A DNA stretch of 64,000 nt from Anaeramoeba ignava BMAN (lineage: Eukaryota; Protista; Anaeramoebae): positions 38,350 to 102,349 of the forward strand of contig JAPDFW010000004.1 in the NCBI GenBank assembly GCA_028826165.1, given 5' to 3'. Both the position numbers and the translations under genes were made by a program. Every line of letters starts with the position of its first letter. Position 1 is the first letter of the stretch. Shown here piece by piece: positions 24,766 to 38,400 of this stretch. Below the pieces are notes generated by a model. It worked only from the letters and a program-made list of their open reading frames with translations, was not told the origin of the DNA and did not search any database.

Positions 24766-27106
24766 TTAAAATATTTTGATTTGGAATTTTTTGATTTGGA
24801 ATTTTTTGATTTGGAATTTTTGAATCTGAATTTGAATTTGAATCTGAATTTGAATCTGAATCTGAATTTGAATTTGAATTTGAATTTGAATCTGAATTTG
24901 AATTTGAATTTGAATTTGAATTTGAATTTGAATTTGAATTTTGAATTTGAATTTTAATTTTAATTTTGATTTGGAATTTTTTTTTAATTTTGATTTTGAT
25001 TTTGAATTTGATTTTAATTTTGATTTTGATTTGGAATTTTTTGATCTTAATTTTGATTTTGATTTTTTTGATCTTGATTTTGATTTTGATTTGGATTTGG
25101 AATTTTTTGAATTTGATTTTTTCCTTTTTTTGTTTTGTGGTTGATTTCTTTTATTATCTTCTCTTGAAAAATGTTTAGGATCATTAAAATATTTACAATA
25201 TTTTGAAACAGGACATTGATCACATTTAGGTTTAATTTTAGAACAAATTTCTTGACCAAATCCAACAATAAGTTTATTAAATTCTTTCCAATTTTCTCTT
25301 GGAAGCCATCTTTGTAGTTCTTTTCTTACTTTTTCTGGATTATTATCTTCTTTAGAAACCCATCCTAATCTTCTAGAAATTACATAAACATGTGTATCAA
25401 CAGCTAACCCTTCTTTTTTATCAAAACATACCATTAAAATCAAATACGCCATCTAATCAATATTTAATTAATATTTAATTAATATTTAATCAATATTTAA
25501 TCAATATTTAATTAATATTTAATTAATATTTAATTAATATTTAATTAATATTTAATTAATATTTAATTAATATTTAATCAATATTTAATTAATATTTAAT
25601 ATTTAATTAATATTTAATTAATATTTAATCAATATTTAATTAATATTTAATTAATATTTAATTAATATTTAATTAATATTTAATTAATATTTAATCAATA
25701 TTTAATCAATATTTAATTAATATTTAATTAATATTTAATTAATATTTAATCAATATTTAATTAATATTTAATCAATATTTAATTCAATATTTAATCAATA
25801 TTTAATAATTTTAATCAATATTTAATTTATATTTAATTAATATTTTATTATTTAATATTTTTTTTTCAATTTATATCAATATTTAATTAATATTTAATTA
25901 ATATTTAATTAATATTTAATTAATATTTAATTAATATTTAATCAATATTTAATCAATATTTAATTAATATTTAATTTTTACCAATATTTACCAATATTTA
26001 ACCAATATTTTAATTAATATTTAATCAATATTTAATTAATATTTAATCAATATTTACCAATATTTAATTAATATTTAACCAATATTTAATTAATATTTAA
26101 TCAATATTTAATTAATATTTAATTAATATTTAATCAATATTTAATCAATATTTAATCAATATTTAATCAATATTTAATATTTAATTAATATTTAATCAAT
26201 ATTTAATCAATATTTAATTAATCAATATTTAATCAATATTTAATTAATATTTATTTAATATTTAATCAATATTTAATTAATATTTAATTAATATTTAATT
26301 AATATTTATTTAATATTTAATCAATATTTAATTAATATTTTAATCAATATTTAATATTTAATTAATATTTATTTAATTAATATTTAAATAATATTTAATT
26401 AATATTTAATTAATATTTAATTAATATTTAATCAATATTTAATTAATATTTAATTAATATTTAATTAATATTTAATTAATATTTAATTAATATTTAATCA
26501 ATTAATTAATATTTAATCAATATTTAATCAATATTTAATTAATATTTAATTAATATTTAATCAATATTTAATCAATATTTAATTAATATTTAATCAATAT
26601 TTAATCAATATTTAATTAATATTTAATTCCAAAAAAGCTACTTTTGGACCAATTCCTGGCAATTTTACTAAATCATCAAAATTATCAGGAACATTATCAT
26701 TATATTTGTTATGTAAAATCTCAGCAATTCTTTTCAAATAATTTGCTTTTTTATTTTTAAATCCAACACAAGAAATTAAAGAAGCAATTTGAGATTCAGA
26801 AGTTTTGATAACATTTTGAATAGTTAATATTTTTAAAGAAGAATTAAGTTGATCAACTGCTTGTGAAGTTTTTTGATCTGTTGTTTGACTTGAAAGTAAC
26901 GCATTTACAAGAACTTGAAAATGAAAAATTTGAGGAGAAATTTCAATTATATTTTTATCAGGAACAAAAGAAACTCCCATTGTATCTACTGGTGCTGTTT
27001 GACTTGATCTCATTTGTTCAATTTTGTGTAAAACTTTCTTCCATTTTTTGGGTCTTTTAATTTTTTCTCCAATTTCTTCAATATCTTGTATTTTTGAATT
27101 TTTCAT
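24766..27106 (-). CDS. NTH1: Endonuclease III homolog (Nth1-type HhH-GPD DNA glycosylase/AP lyase); exons 27106-26642 and 25452-24766
   Basis: APVDTMG, LLSSQTTD, VGFKNKKANYL, HhH LPGIGPK|MA across a phase-0 intron, AVDTHV, and 4Fe-4S motif CSKIKPKCDQCPVSKYC. The low-complexity tail end is uncertain (frame switch inside a repeat). Confidence 0.93.
25455..26625. repeat. Intronic satellite (AATATTTAATT/C, 11 bp) in Nth1 intron
   Basis: Tandem 11-bp units fill intron 26641-25453. Confidence 0.9.
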
Positions 27107-27239
27107 TTTTAAAGAAAGAAAAAAATGAAAAATGAAAAATTAAAATTAAAATTCATTTATAAAATTAAAATTAAAATTATAAAAAAAAGTGGAATAAAAA
27201 TTAAAATTTATTTTTGCATTTTGATTCGTTTTTTATTTA

Positions 27240-27294
<55 letters not shown>

Positions 27295-27352
27295 GTTTTG
27301 TTTTGTTTTGTTTTGTTTTGTTTGATTGATTTTGAATAAAAAAAAAAATAAT

Positions 27353-29939
27353 TCATTTGAACCAAACAGATAACCTCCAACTCAAAGAAAATATCAAAAA
27401 TAAAATAAGGAAAAACCAGAAAAGACGGTATTTGATACTATAAGTGTGTCTTTTTTGAAAAAAAGATTTCTTAATTTGATGAAATTCAACGGACAAAGAT
27501 AAATTTTGAGTGTCAACAAGAATTCGCTCAAAGAAAAACTGTTTTCCAGATTCAACTTTTGAAATGCGAACAGGAATTGATCCAGTAACTTTATTTACGC
27601 GAGAATGAAAATGATGCTGTTGAGATTTTCCAAAAGGAATTTCTTTTTTTCCTTTAAATTTTTTTTTGTTTTTCAAAAGAACTTGTTCGACATTTTCGTT
27701 GTATTTCCTTGACTGAGGGATAAAAGATAAACCTGTTGTAACTGTTTGAACAGTCTCTACTGTTGGCGGTTTAGAAAAGTGGGAGACTTCTTTTAAATCG
27801 CCCTCGAATTCGGCATAATTTGTGTTTTGAGGAAGGAACAAAGTGACGAACAAATGGTTGATTGGCAGTTGAAATTTTGCGAAATCAATAGAAAGTTTGC
27901 CTCTTCCCTCGACTTTTGGTTGTTCGTGAACCAAGAACACAAGCTCGACAACAAAGGAAGTCTGGGTTGTTGAGAACGAACTTGATTTTTGCAATGGGAT
28001 CAAAATCAGACCGCTTTTATCGACAGCAGGTTTGACAGCTTTTCCTGAAATAGCGGTTGACCATAATTCGCATTTGGGGTTTTTTTTCTTGTCCTCCACT
28101 TCATTGGGGATCGCGGGCAGTTCGACCCGCAAGAACTGGTGTTGTGTGTTTTTGATTTTGAGTAGACATCGATGCATGACTTCGCCGTTAGCACTGTAAT
28201 TGATTTTTAAGTGAGCTTCTTCAATAACGGCAATTAGGACCGTTGCGTCATCGTGTTTTTTAAGCTCGATAATTGCGCCATAGTTCGGTTTGGTGAACTG
28301 ATAACCGTATAAAATTGATCCTTGAGATTGAGTTACTATTGTTGTTGGTAATTCATCTACTGATAGTTTTGTCATATTTTTAAACGCAACTTCGTTGATT
28401 TCCACATTTGTTCGTGCTTCTATTGCAATAAATCCAGATTCCCTGTTGATTTTGCCGAGCGTTTTAAATACAGGAAGTGCTGATTTGCAACTTTGATTTT
28501 TTGTGTCTAATTCTGTGACGATTGTAAGATTATAGAAGCCTTCGATACCGAATTTGAGGAAAATGCGCAGTTTTTTAGATGGTTTGAGAATATTATAAAG
28601 AATATTATTATCGTTATTGCTGTCAAGATTATCATTGTTTTTATAGCTGTCAAGATTTTCATTGTTTTTATTGCTGTCAAGATTTTCATTGTTTTTATTG
28701 CTGTCAAGATTTTCATTGTTTTTATTGCTGTCAAAATCAATCTCTAAATTATTCGCATCATCTTCATCTTGATTGTCAATAAAACCATCTTTTTCATTCT
28801 CATCTTCCTCAAGATCAACAACTTCCCAATCGTTAATATTTTCACCGTTAACGGAAAGAATTTTGAACTTGGATTCCCCTTCAATGCTCGGAATCAGGAT
28901 ATCAAACTGAGACATTGTGCCATGGATTATTTGGAAGGTATACATTGCGGTGGTGATTATTGTTCCCTCGCCAATAGAATGAATGATTTCCTGCTGAGCA
29001 TTAACAATTTTATTTTTTTCGACAATTTCAAATTCAATTTTTTCATCAATTTCATCTTCGTCAATTTTTTCCTCTTTGATTTTCTCAGTCCAGCTTAGCG
29101 AAAGTACAGGAAGACGGCTTAAAAACAGCCTCCATGATAGTGACTCCGGCTCCTTTCAATTCATGAACACTGTTGTTCTGGGTTTCTTTGTTATCCAAAA
29201 TTTGGGTTCTGTTTGATTCATCATCAACCTTCCAAGTTTGCGACTGTGTCAGAACCTGTTGGCAGTTTATTTGAACCTCCTCCTTCCCGCGGACAATAAA
29301 CCTCAAAGAGTTCTCGACACAAACAGGCACGACGACATTAAGCGAGCAGCCTTTGTCGCTGATATACGGAACTAAAAATTTGACATCGACCTTGTATCTC
29401 CCTTCTAAATTTGTTATTAGACAGTGATTATGACCGTTTATGGCAATGTTCGCCTGCAAGTCTTTCTCGCTTGAGTTTTGCTCATTTGTGTTTGTGTCGT
29501 CTTTTTCGGATTTGAGACCTTCGTTCTGCAAAAAGGTAATTTTGGAAGACACAACCGCAGCAGATTGGTCTAAGAGTTCTATCGAAATCCAGCCGTTTTC
29601 GGGCACTTGCAGCACAAGAATATCAAATGTGCATCGGAACTCCGTATGCTTTTTATACGCAGTTCCCTCATACTGCGATTTCTCATTGATATAATAAATT
29701 GACGGTTTTTGCGATTGTAATTCTTTTATTAATTTTATTAATTCATTGCTTCCCATTTGAATTTGTGATTTAGAGTCAATTTCGCCTTCTTTGCTAATGA
29801 TTTCATGAAATTTTGTTATTATTTCAAGTGGAATATTAAGTGCGTTGCTTTTTTCTTCAATTTCTGCATTTTTATTATAATTGTTATAACTGTTAACTTT
29901 GTTTTGTGTGTATCTTTTATTAGTTTGTCTTCTTCTCAT
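27353..29939 (-). CDS. Uncharacterised ~860-aa beta-rich protein with C-terminal transmembrane helix, split by a one-base frameshift near 29108
   Basis: ORF 29939-29085 and the frame of ORF 28945-27353 overlap: ...FKPSS then (after one extra base) VLSLSWTEKIKEE... runs without stops into MYTFQ. C-terminal hydrophobic segment LFWFFLILFLIFSLSW. Confidence 0.7.
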
Positions 29940-30090
29940 TTTATAATAAAAAAAATAAAAAAGAAAAAATGAAATTAAAAAAGGAGAAAAATTAAAAAAA
30001 AAAATTAAAAAAAAGAGAAAAATTTTTTTTTCATTTTTTTCTTTTTCATTTTTCCTAATTTTTTACTTTTTTTTTACTTTTTTTTTCATA

Positions 30091-31712
30091 ATGTCAATTA
30101 CTTTTGATTCTGATAATGATTGGGATTCTATTATCCAAATAAAACGTAAAGTTATTGATGGGGATCGATGGTTAAAAGGTTCGATTGACTTCTCAAACTT
30201 TTGTTCTTTTAAAATTCATCATATTGACGATGACATAATTGATGGACTTGAAATTCCAACTGAAAATCCACTTGAAATCAGTGTCAATTCTGACTGGGTT
30301 GACATTGAAATCCCTGCCAATGTCAATTTCAAAAATAGACTTGAAGAACAAAATTCAAAAAGAAATCCTGCAAAAACTGACAGTCAAGAAGATTGGCAAG
30401 ACATTGAAGACCAAGTTGAAAAAATTAAATCGCGAAATAATTTTCTGCCAAATTCGCCTTTGAATAACCAGATTGAAACCTATATAAAAGATAATTCGGT
30501 TGGAGATGAAACAAGTGACATTAGCAAAACCCCCGATGAAACAAACGACACTAGCAAAACCCCGAATCAAACAAGTGACACTAACAGCCTATTCCAAAAA
30601 TCTCGTTTTTCATCCGTTAATTCAAAAACATTCCATTCTCAATCTTCTCCTTCTGACTCGCCAATAGAATCAGATTTCGCCGAAGATAATCTTGATATTT
30701 TTGCAGACCCAAATATCGCAAAACAAAAATTCCAAAGAAATTTAGCAAAAGCAAAAAATTTAATTGAAAATTTAATTGAAAATCAAATTGAAAATTTCAT
30801 TGATTTCGATCTTGAAATGGACTTGGCACAAGAAAACCAAAAAATAGAAATCAACATCCACAACAGCAACAGCTCAATCCCACAAGAAGATTGGTCTGAT
30901 GTCGAAATTCCGCCTAATTTGGCAGCACTTGAACCCCAAAAACATAGAGCAGAAATGACAGAAGAAACAAAATGGCTATTTGAAGATAATAATTCAATTT
31001 CAAACCAAAAACTGAGACAGCGAGTGCGCAAATTCCAAAAAAGATTCACCGCAAAAATGCTCAACAGACCAACTATTACAAATTATTCGACTCTGATTCA
31101 ATGCAAATCAAACGGAACAATGGTATTTGATCCAGAAGCAATGATTTGGAAAGGAAATGAACGTGAATTACAAATTTTTCATAAACCTTTTTTACTTCGT
31201 TGCTTGAACAAATGGACAACACCAAGAGGTATAAAATAAAATGAAACACAAAAAAAAAATTTTTCGAAAATTGATCAAAATTGATCCAAAAAAAAAAATT
31301 TTTTTTTTTCTTTCTTTTTTTAGTTGTTGGTTCAATGAAATTTAATCCGAAAAAACAAAAATGGGAAGGAAATGAAAATTCTCTTTCAATTTTTAAAAAG
31401 CATTCAATTCATTCTCGAAAACCAGGTTTAATTCAAACAAAATCTCCAACAAAAGAAATTATTTTAAATAATATGACTTATGATCCAAAAAGTCAAACTT
31501 GGTATGGAAATGATGATTGTTTAAGAATTTTTGAACATAAAAAACCAACTTTAATTCCTCTTTCTGCTTTGAGTAGATTTTTACCAGGAAATTCAGAAAA
31601 TTCAATGAGATTTAATTCTCAAAAACAAAAATGGGAAAAAATTAATGAAGATTGTGGTGATGATAATACTGATGAAAGTGATTTTGAAAGTGCTTTTGAT
31701 GGATCTGATTAA
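30091..31712 (+). CDS. Byr4/Bfa1-like protein (spindle-pole GAP scaffold family); exons 30091-31228 and 31324-31712
   Basis: Acidic N-terminal region with DW.D(I/V)E motifs and four C-terminal repeats: MVFDPEAMIWKGNE, MKFNPKKQKWEGNE, MTYDPKSQTWYGND, MRFNSQKQKWE. These resemble the M.(F/Y)(D/N)P....WEGNE repeats recalled for Byr4/Bfa1. Phase-1 intron 31229-31323. Confidence 0.6.
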
Positions 31713-31890
31713 ATTTGATTTTTTCTTTTTCTTTTTCTTTTTCTTTTCCTTTTCTTTTCTTTTCTTTTCCTTGAATTGTTTGATTATTCAATGTTGAATT
31801 AAATAGTTTAAAAAAATTTTCTTTTCTTTTCTTTGATTTTTTATTGAAATTGAAATTGAAATTGAAATTAAAATTTGATTTGGATTTGAA

Positions 31891-33473
31891 TTAAAAATGA
31901 ACTGGACATTTATATCCAAATTCAAGACCAGCATCATCAATAACTTCATCAATTAAAGTTTTAGTAGTTCCATTAGTTGAAGTAATAACAATATGACAAG
32001 TAACACTATTTATATAAAAAATATTAATAAAAATATTAATAATCAAAAAAAGTGGAATAAAAATAATAACAAACCCAAAAGCTTCAAAATCAGAAAAATA
32101 TAATCTTCTTGTGGGAAAAGTAGACGATTATATAATTCAGGAGTTGATTGGAAAGTCATTGAAACTTGAAGAGTATCAGAAGCAATATAAACATATTGTG
32201 TTAAAGGAATTTGAGCTTGACCTAAATCATCTGAATAATTGAACCAATTTGTTCTTTCAACAGAAAAGTTTTTAAAAACACCATTACTTGCTGTTGCTAA
32301 AAGAACTACTGGATCTGGAGTTGTAGCCCAACCTTCAAGAAATCTATATCCTTCTCTTTTACCTAATTTTCCTAATTCTACATCTGCAAAACATCCTTCT
32401 ACTGTATCAAATAATGTTATGTTAGATGTCAATCCAGTTCCTGCTATTATTGATACATCTTCTGCTGGTGTTTTTCCTGGTAATAATACTTTATACCATC
32501 CCCATGCAAATTCTTTAGTTGGTCCAACTGGGAAATAATCTCCCCAATTCCTAATTTTGATTTTAATTTTAATTTTGATTTTTAATTTTAATTTTTGATT
32601 TTAATTTTAATTTTAATTTTAATTTTAATTTTAATTTTGAATTTTGATTTAAATTTAAATTTAGATTTTAATTTTGATTTTTAATTTTTGATTTTAATTT
32701 TAATTTTAATTTTAATTTTAATTTTAATTTTGATTTTAATTTTAATTTTAATTTTAATTTTAATTTTAATTTTAATTTTAATTTTAATTTTTAAAAATAT
32801 ACATATCACAATAAATTCTTGAATTAGGAGATAAAGTATATTGTTTAGAACCAATAGTAACAACACCAGAAACAAGAGAATCATGAGAATAAGTATTCCA
32901 ACTAATAAAGCCATAAAGATAATACATATTTTCTAAATCCTGTTGACCATACCAACCATAAATTCTTTGAATATTCAAACTCCAAGAAATATCAAGATCA
33001 GAAGAATTACCAGTAGAATACCAAATATGTTGAGGATCATTAAGAGTGCCCCAAATTTTATAAGAATTATTAGTAATAGGATGAATTCCAAATTTCTGAT
33101 TATCAACAGAAATATCAAAATCATGAGAAAAAGAAAGATCATCTAATGGATATTTTTCAATTTTTGCAAAAGTTTTATCGTTTTTTGGATCAACTTCACA
33201 AAACATAATGTAAATCCCTTCGTTTTTTTTTGATCCACTTTCTGAACTTTTACTCACACCAATACTCATTGCAAATTCAACTCCAACATCATAATCACTC
33301 ACTGCGTAGTAATACCATTGATAAAAGGGTCGAGTAGCAACTGCTTCTAATAATCGTAATCTTTCATAATATGTTGGTGGATTGAAAATACCATCATTTG
33401 CAAATGATAAATCTTTGGTTTGGCAAAAAGTAACAGAAAATATAACTAAAAAAATTATTAGAAAAGATTTCAT
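31891..33473 (-). CDS. Secreted tocopherol-cyclase-like / beta-barrel protein, copy A; exons 33473-32803, 32550-32075, 32005-31891; one-base deletion near 32096
   Basis: Signal peptide MKSFLIIFLVIFSVTFC; FYQWYY; spliced IYCDMNWGDYFP...AWGWY resembles the Y.(E/D)KNWG..FP..W.W motif of tocopherol cyclase-like proteins. Lacks one base relative to copy B at EDYIFSD. Confidence 0.6.
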
Positions 33474-33772
33474 TGTAATTTAACTTCTTCTTTCAAAAAA
33501 AACTTTCAATTAATTAATTAATAACAAATTCTCACAAAAATCCAAGAAGAAAAAATGAAAAATTCAATTAAAAATAAAACAGTTGAATTAAAAAAAATTT
33601 CTTTTTTGTTTCTTTTTTTCTCCTTTTTCCTTATTCAAAAATAAATTATTTCGAAACTTTCCTTCTTTTCCTTTTGATTTTTTATTGAAATTGAAATTGA
33701 AATTGAAATTAAAATTTGATTTGATTTTAAAAGAAATCAAAAATGAAATTAAAAATTTGATTTGGATTTGGA

Positions 33773-35327
33773 TTAAAAATGAACTGGAATTTTATATCCA
33801 AATTCAAGACCAGCATCATCAATAACTTCATCAATTAAAGTTTTAGTAGTTCCATTAGTTGAAGTAATAACAATATGACAAGTAACACTATTTATATAAA
33901 AAATATTAATAAAAATATTAATAATCAAAAAAAGTGGAACAAAAATAATAACAAACCCAAAAGCTTCAAAATCAGAGAAAATATAATCTTCTTGTGGGAA
34001 AAGTAGACGATTATATAATTCAGGAGTTGATTGGAAAGTCATTGAAACTTGAAGAGTATCAGAAGCAATATAAACATATTGTGTTAAAGGAATTTGAGCT
34101 TGACCTAAATCATCTGAATAATTGAACCAATTTGTTCTTTCAACAGAAAAGTTTTTAAAAACACCATTACTTGCTGTTGCTAAAAGAACTATTGGATCAG
34201 GAGTTGTAACCCAACCTTCAGCGAGTCTATATCCTTCTCTTTTACCTAATTTTCCTAATTCTACATCTGCAAAATATCCTCCCATTGTGTCAAATAGTGT
34301 TAGATTGGATGTTACTCCACTTCCTGCTATTATTGATACATCTTCTGCTGGTGTTTTTCCTGGTAATAATACTTTATACCATCCCCATGCAAATTCTTTA
34401 GTTGGTCCAACTGGGAAATAATCTCCCCAATTCCTAATTTTAATTTTGATTTTAATTTTGATTTTAATTTTAATTTTGATTTTAATTTTGATTTTAATTT
34501 TGATTTTAATTTTAATTTTGATTTTGATTTTAATTTTAATTTTGATTTAAATTTTAATTTTAATTTAAATTTTAATTTTGATTTTGATTTTAATTTTGAT
34601 TTTAAATTTAATTTTAATTTTGATTTTAATTTTGATTTTAATTTTTAAAAATATACATATCACAATAAATTCTTGAATTAGGAGATAAAGTATATTGTTT
34701 AGAACCAATAGTAACAACACCAGAAACAAGAGAATCATGAGAATAAGTATTCCAATCAATAATACCCCAAATATAAGCCAAAGATTCTATATCCTGTTGA
34801 CCATACCAACCATAAATTCTTTGAATATTTAAACTCCAAGAAATATCAAGATCAGAAGAATTACCAGTAGAATACCAAATATGTTGAGGATCATTAAGAG
34901 TGCCCCAAATTTTATAAGAATTATTAGTAATAGGATGAATTCCAAATTTCTGATTATCAACAGAAATATCAAAATCATGAGAAAAAGAAAGATCATCTAA
35001 TGGATATTTTTCGAATTTTTCAAAAGTTTTATCATTTTTTGGATCAACTAAACAAAACATAATGTAAACCCCTTCGTTTTTTTTTGATCCACTTTCTGAA
35101 CTTTTACTCACACCAATACTCATTGCAAATTCAACTCCCAGATCATAATCACTCACTGCGTAGTAATACCATTGATAAAAGGGTCGAGTAGAAACTGCTT
35201 CTGATAATCGTAATCTTTCATAATATGTTGGTGGATTGAAAATACCATCATTTGCAAATGGCCAATCTTTGGTTTGGCAAAAAGTAACAGAAAATATAAC
35301 TAAAAAAATTATTAGAAAAAATTTCAT
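33773..35327 (-). CDS. Secreted tocopherol-cyclase-like / beta-barrel protein, copy B; exons 35327-34657, 34433-33957, 33887-33773
   Basis: Tandem paralog of 31891-33473 with the same exon structure and an intact frame. Confidence 0.65.
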
Positions 35328-35483
35328 TGTAATTTAACTTCTTCTTTTAACTTTTTTTCTTTTTCAAAAAAAAAGTTTTAATCAGTAAAAGAATAACAAA
35401 AAAAAAATGAAAAAAATGAAAAAGAAAAATTAAAAATATTTTTTTTTCATTTTTTTTTTCAAATTTTTAATTAAAATAAACAA

Positions 35484-38400
35484 ATGCCTTTGTATCTTAT
35501 TGGTTTAGGTTTAGGTGATTTAAAAGATATTACTGTTCGTGGTTTTGAATTAGTTCGTGAAAGTGATTTTGTTTTTTTAGAAATTTATACTTCACTTCTT
35601 TCTTCTGTAACTCGTGAAGAAATGGTAATTTAATTTATAAATATATCCAAAAATATATTTAATTTACAAATAATATTTAATTTATAAATATATTTAATTT
35701 ATAAATATATCTAATTTATAAATATATCTAATTTATAAATATATTTAATTCAAAAATATATTTAATTCAAAAATATATTTAATTCAAAAATATATCTAAT
35801 TTATAAATAAATTTAATTTATAAATATATTTAATTTACAAATATATTTAATTCAAAAATAAATTTAATTTACAAATATATCTAATTTATAAATATATTTA
35901 ATTTATAAATATATTTAATTTATAAATATATTTAATTTATAAATAAATTTAATTTATAAATAATATTCACAAATATATTTAATTTATAAATAATATTCAA
36001 AAATATATTTAATTTATAAATAATTCAAAAATATATTTAATTTAAAAATATATTTAATTTAAAAATATATTTAATTCAAAAATATATTTAATTTATAAAT
36101 ATATTTAATTCAAAAAATATATTTAATTCAAAAATATATTTAATTTATAAATATATTTAATTCAAAAATATATTTAATTCAAAAATATATTTAATTTATA
36201 AATATATTCAATTTATAAATATATTCAATTCAAAAATAAATTTAATTTATAAATATATTTAATTCATAAATATATTTAATTTATAAATATATCTAATTCA
36301 CAAATATATTTAATTCACAAATATATTCAATTTAAAAATATATTCAATTTACAAATATATTTAATTCATAAATATATTTAATTTATAAATATATTTAATT
36401 TATAAATATATCTAATTTATAAATAATATTTAATTTATAAATAAATTTAATTTATAAATATATTTAATTCACAAAATATATTTAATTTATAAATAATATT
36501 TAATTTATAAATAAATTTAATTTATAAATATATTTAATTCACAAATATATTTAATTTATAAATATATTTAATTTATAAATAATATTTAATTTACAAATAT
36601 ATTTAATTTACAAATATATTTAATTTATAAATATATTTAATTTATAAATATATTTAATTCACAAATATATTTAATTTATAAATATATTTAATTTACAAAT
36701 AAATTTAATTCACAAATATATTTAATTTACAAATAAATTTAATTCACAAATAAATTTAATTCAAAAATATATTTAATTTATAAATATATTTAATTTACAA
36801 ATATATTTAATTTATAAATATATTTAATTTATAAATATATCTAATTCACAAATATATTTAATTTACAAATAATTCAAAAATATATTTAATTCACAAATAT
36901 ATCTAATTCAAAAATATATTTAATTTATAAATATATCTAATTCACAAATATATTTAATTTACAAATAATTCAAAAATATATTTAATTCACAAATATATTT
37001 AATTCAAAGATATATTTAATTTATAAATATATTTAATTCACAAATATATTTAATTTAAAAATATATTTAATTTAAAAATATATTTAATTTAAAAATATAT
37101 TTAATTTATAAATATATTTAATTCAAAGATATATTTAATTTATAAATATATTTAATTCACAAATATATTTAATTTAAAAATATATTTAATTTATAAATAT
37201 ATTTAATTCACAAATATATTTAATTTATAAATATATTTAATTCAAAAATAAATTTAATTTACAAATATATTTAATTTACAAATAATTCAAAATATATTTA
37301 ATTTACAAATAATTCAAAAATAAATTTAATTTACAAATAAATTTAATTTACAAATATATTTAATTTACAAATAATTCAAAAATATATTTAATTTAAAAAT
37401 ATATTTAATTCACAAATATATTTAATTCATCGATATATTTAATTTACAAATATATTTAATTCATAAATATATTCAAAAATATATTTAATTTACAAATATA
37501 TTTAATTTACAAATATATTTAATTCAAAAATATATTTAATTCAAAGATATATTTAATTCATAAATATATTTAATTTACAAATATATTTAATTCAAAAATA
37601 AATTTAATTTACAAATAAATTTAATTTACAAATATATTTAATTTATAAATATATTCATAAATATATTTAATTTACAAATATATTTAATTTATAAATAAAT
37701 TTAATTTACAAATATATTTAATTTACAAATAATTCAAAAATATATTTAATTTACAAATATATTTAATTCACAAAATATATTTAATTTATAAATATATCTA
37801 ATTCATAAATATATCTAATTTATAAATATATTTAATTCATAAATATATTTAATTTACAAATATATTTAATTCATAAATATATTTAATTCACAAATATATT
37901 TAATTTACAAATATATTTAATTCAAAAATATATTTAATTCACAAATATATTTAATTCATAAATATATTTAATTCAAAAATATATTTAATTTACAAATATA
38001 TTTAATTCACAAATATATTTAATTCATAAATATATCTAATTTACAAATATATTCAATTCATAAATATATTTAATTCAAAAATATATTTAATTCACAAATA
38101 TATTTAATTCATAAATATATTTAATTTATAAATATATTCAATTTATAAATATATTTAATTTATAAATATATTTAATTTATAAATAAATTTAATTTATAAA
38201 TATATCTAATTTATAAATATATTTAATTCATAAATATATTTAATTCAAAAATATATTTAATTCAAAAATAAATTTAATTTACAAATATGTTCAATTTATA
38301 AATAATATTTAATTTATAAATATATTTAATTTATAAATAATATTTAATTTATAAATAATATTTAATTTATAAATATATTTAATTTATAAATAATATTTAA

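Noticed and set aside
33888-33956. Transmembrane segment [20 protein letters not shown] in ORF 33773..34285
   Set aside because: Matches a 69-nt GT-AG intron that happens to be in frame; not confirmed without cDNA.
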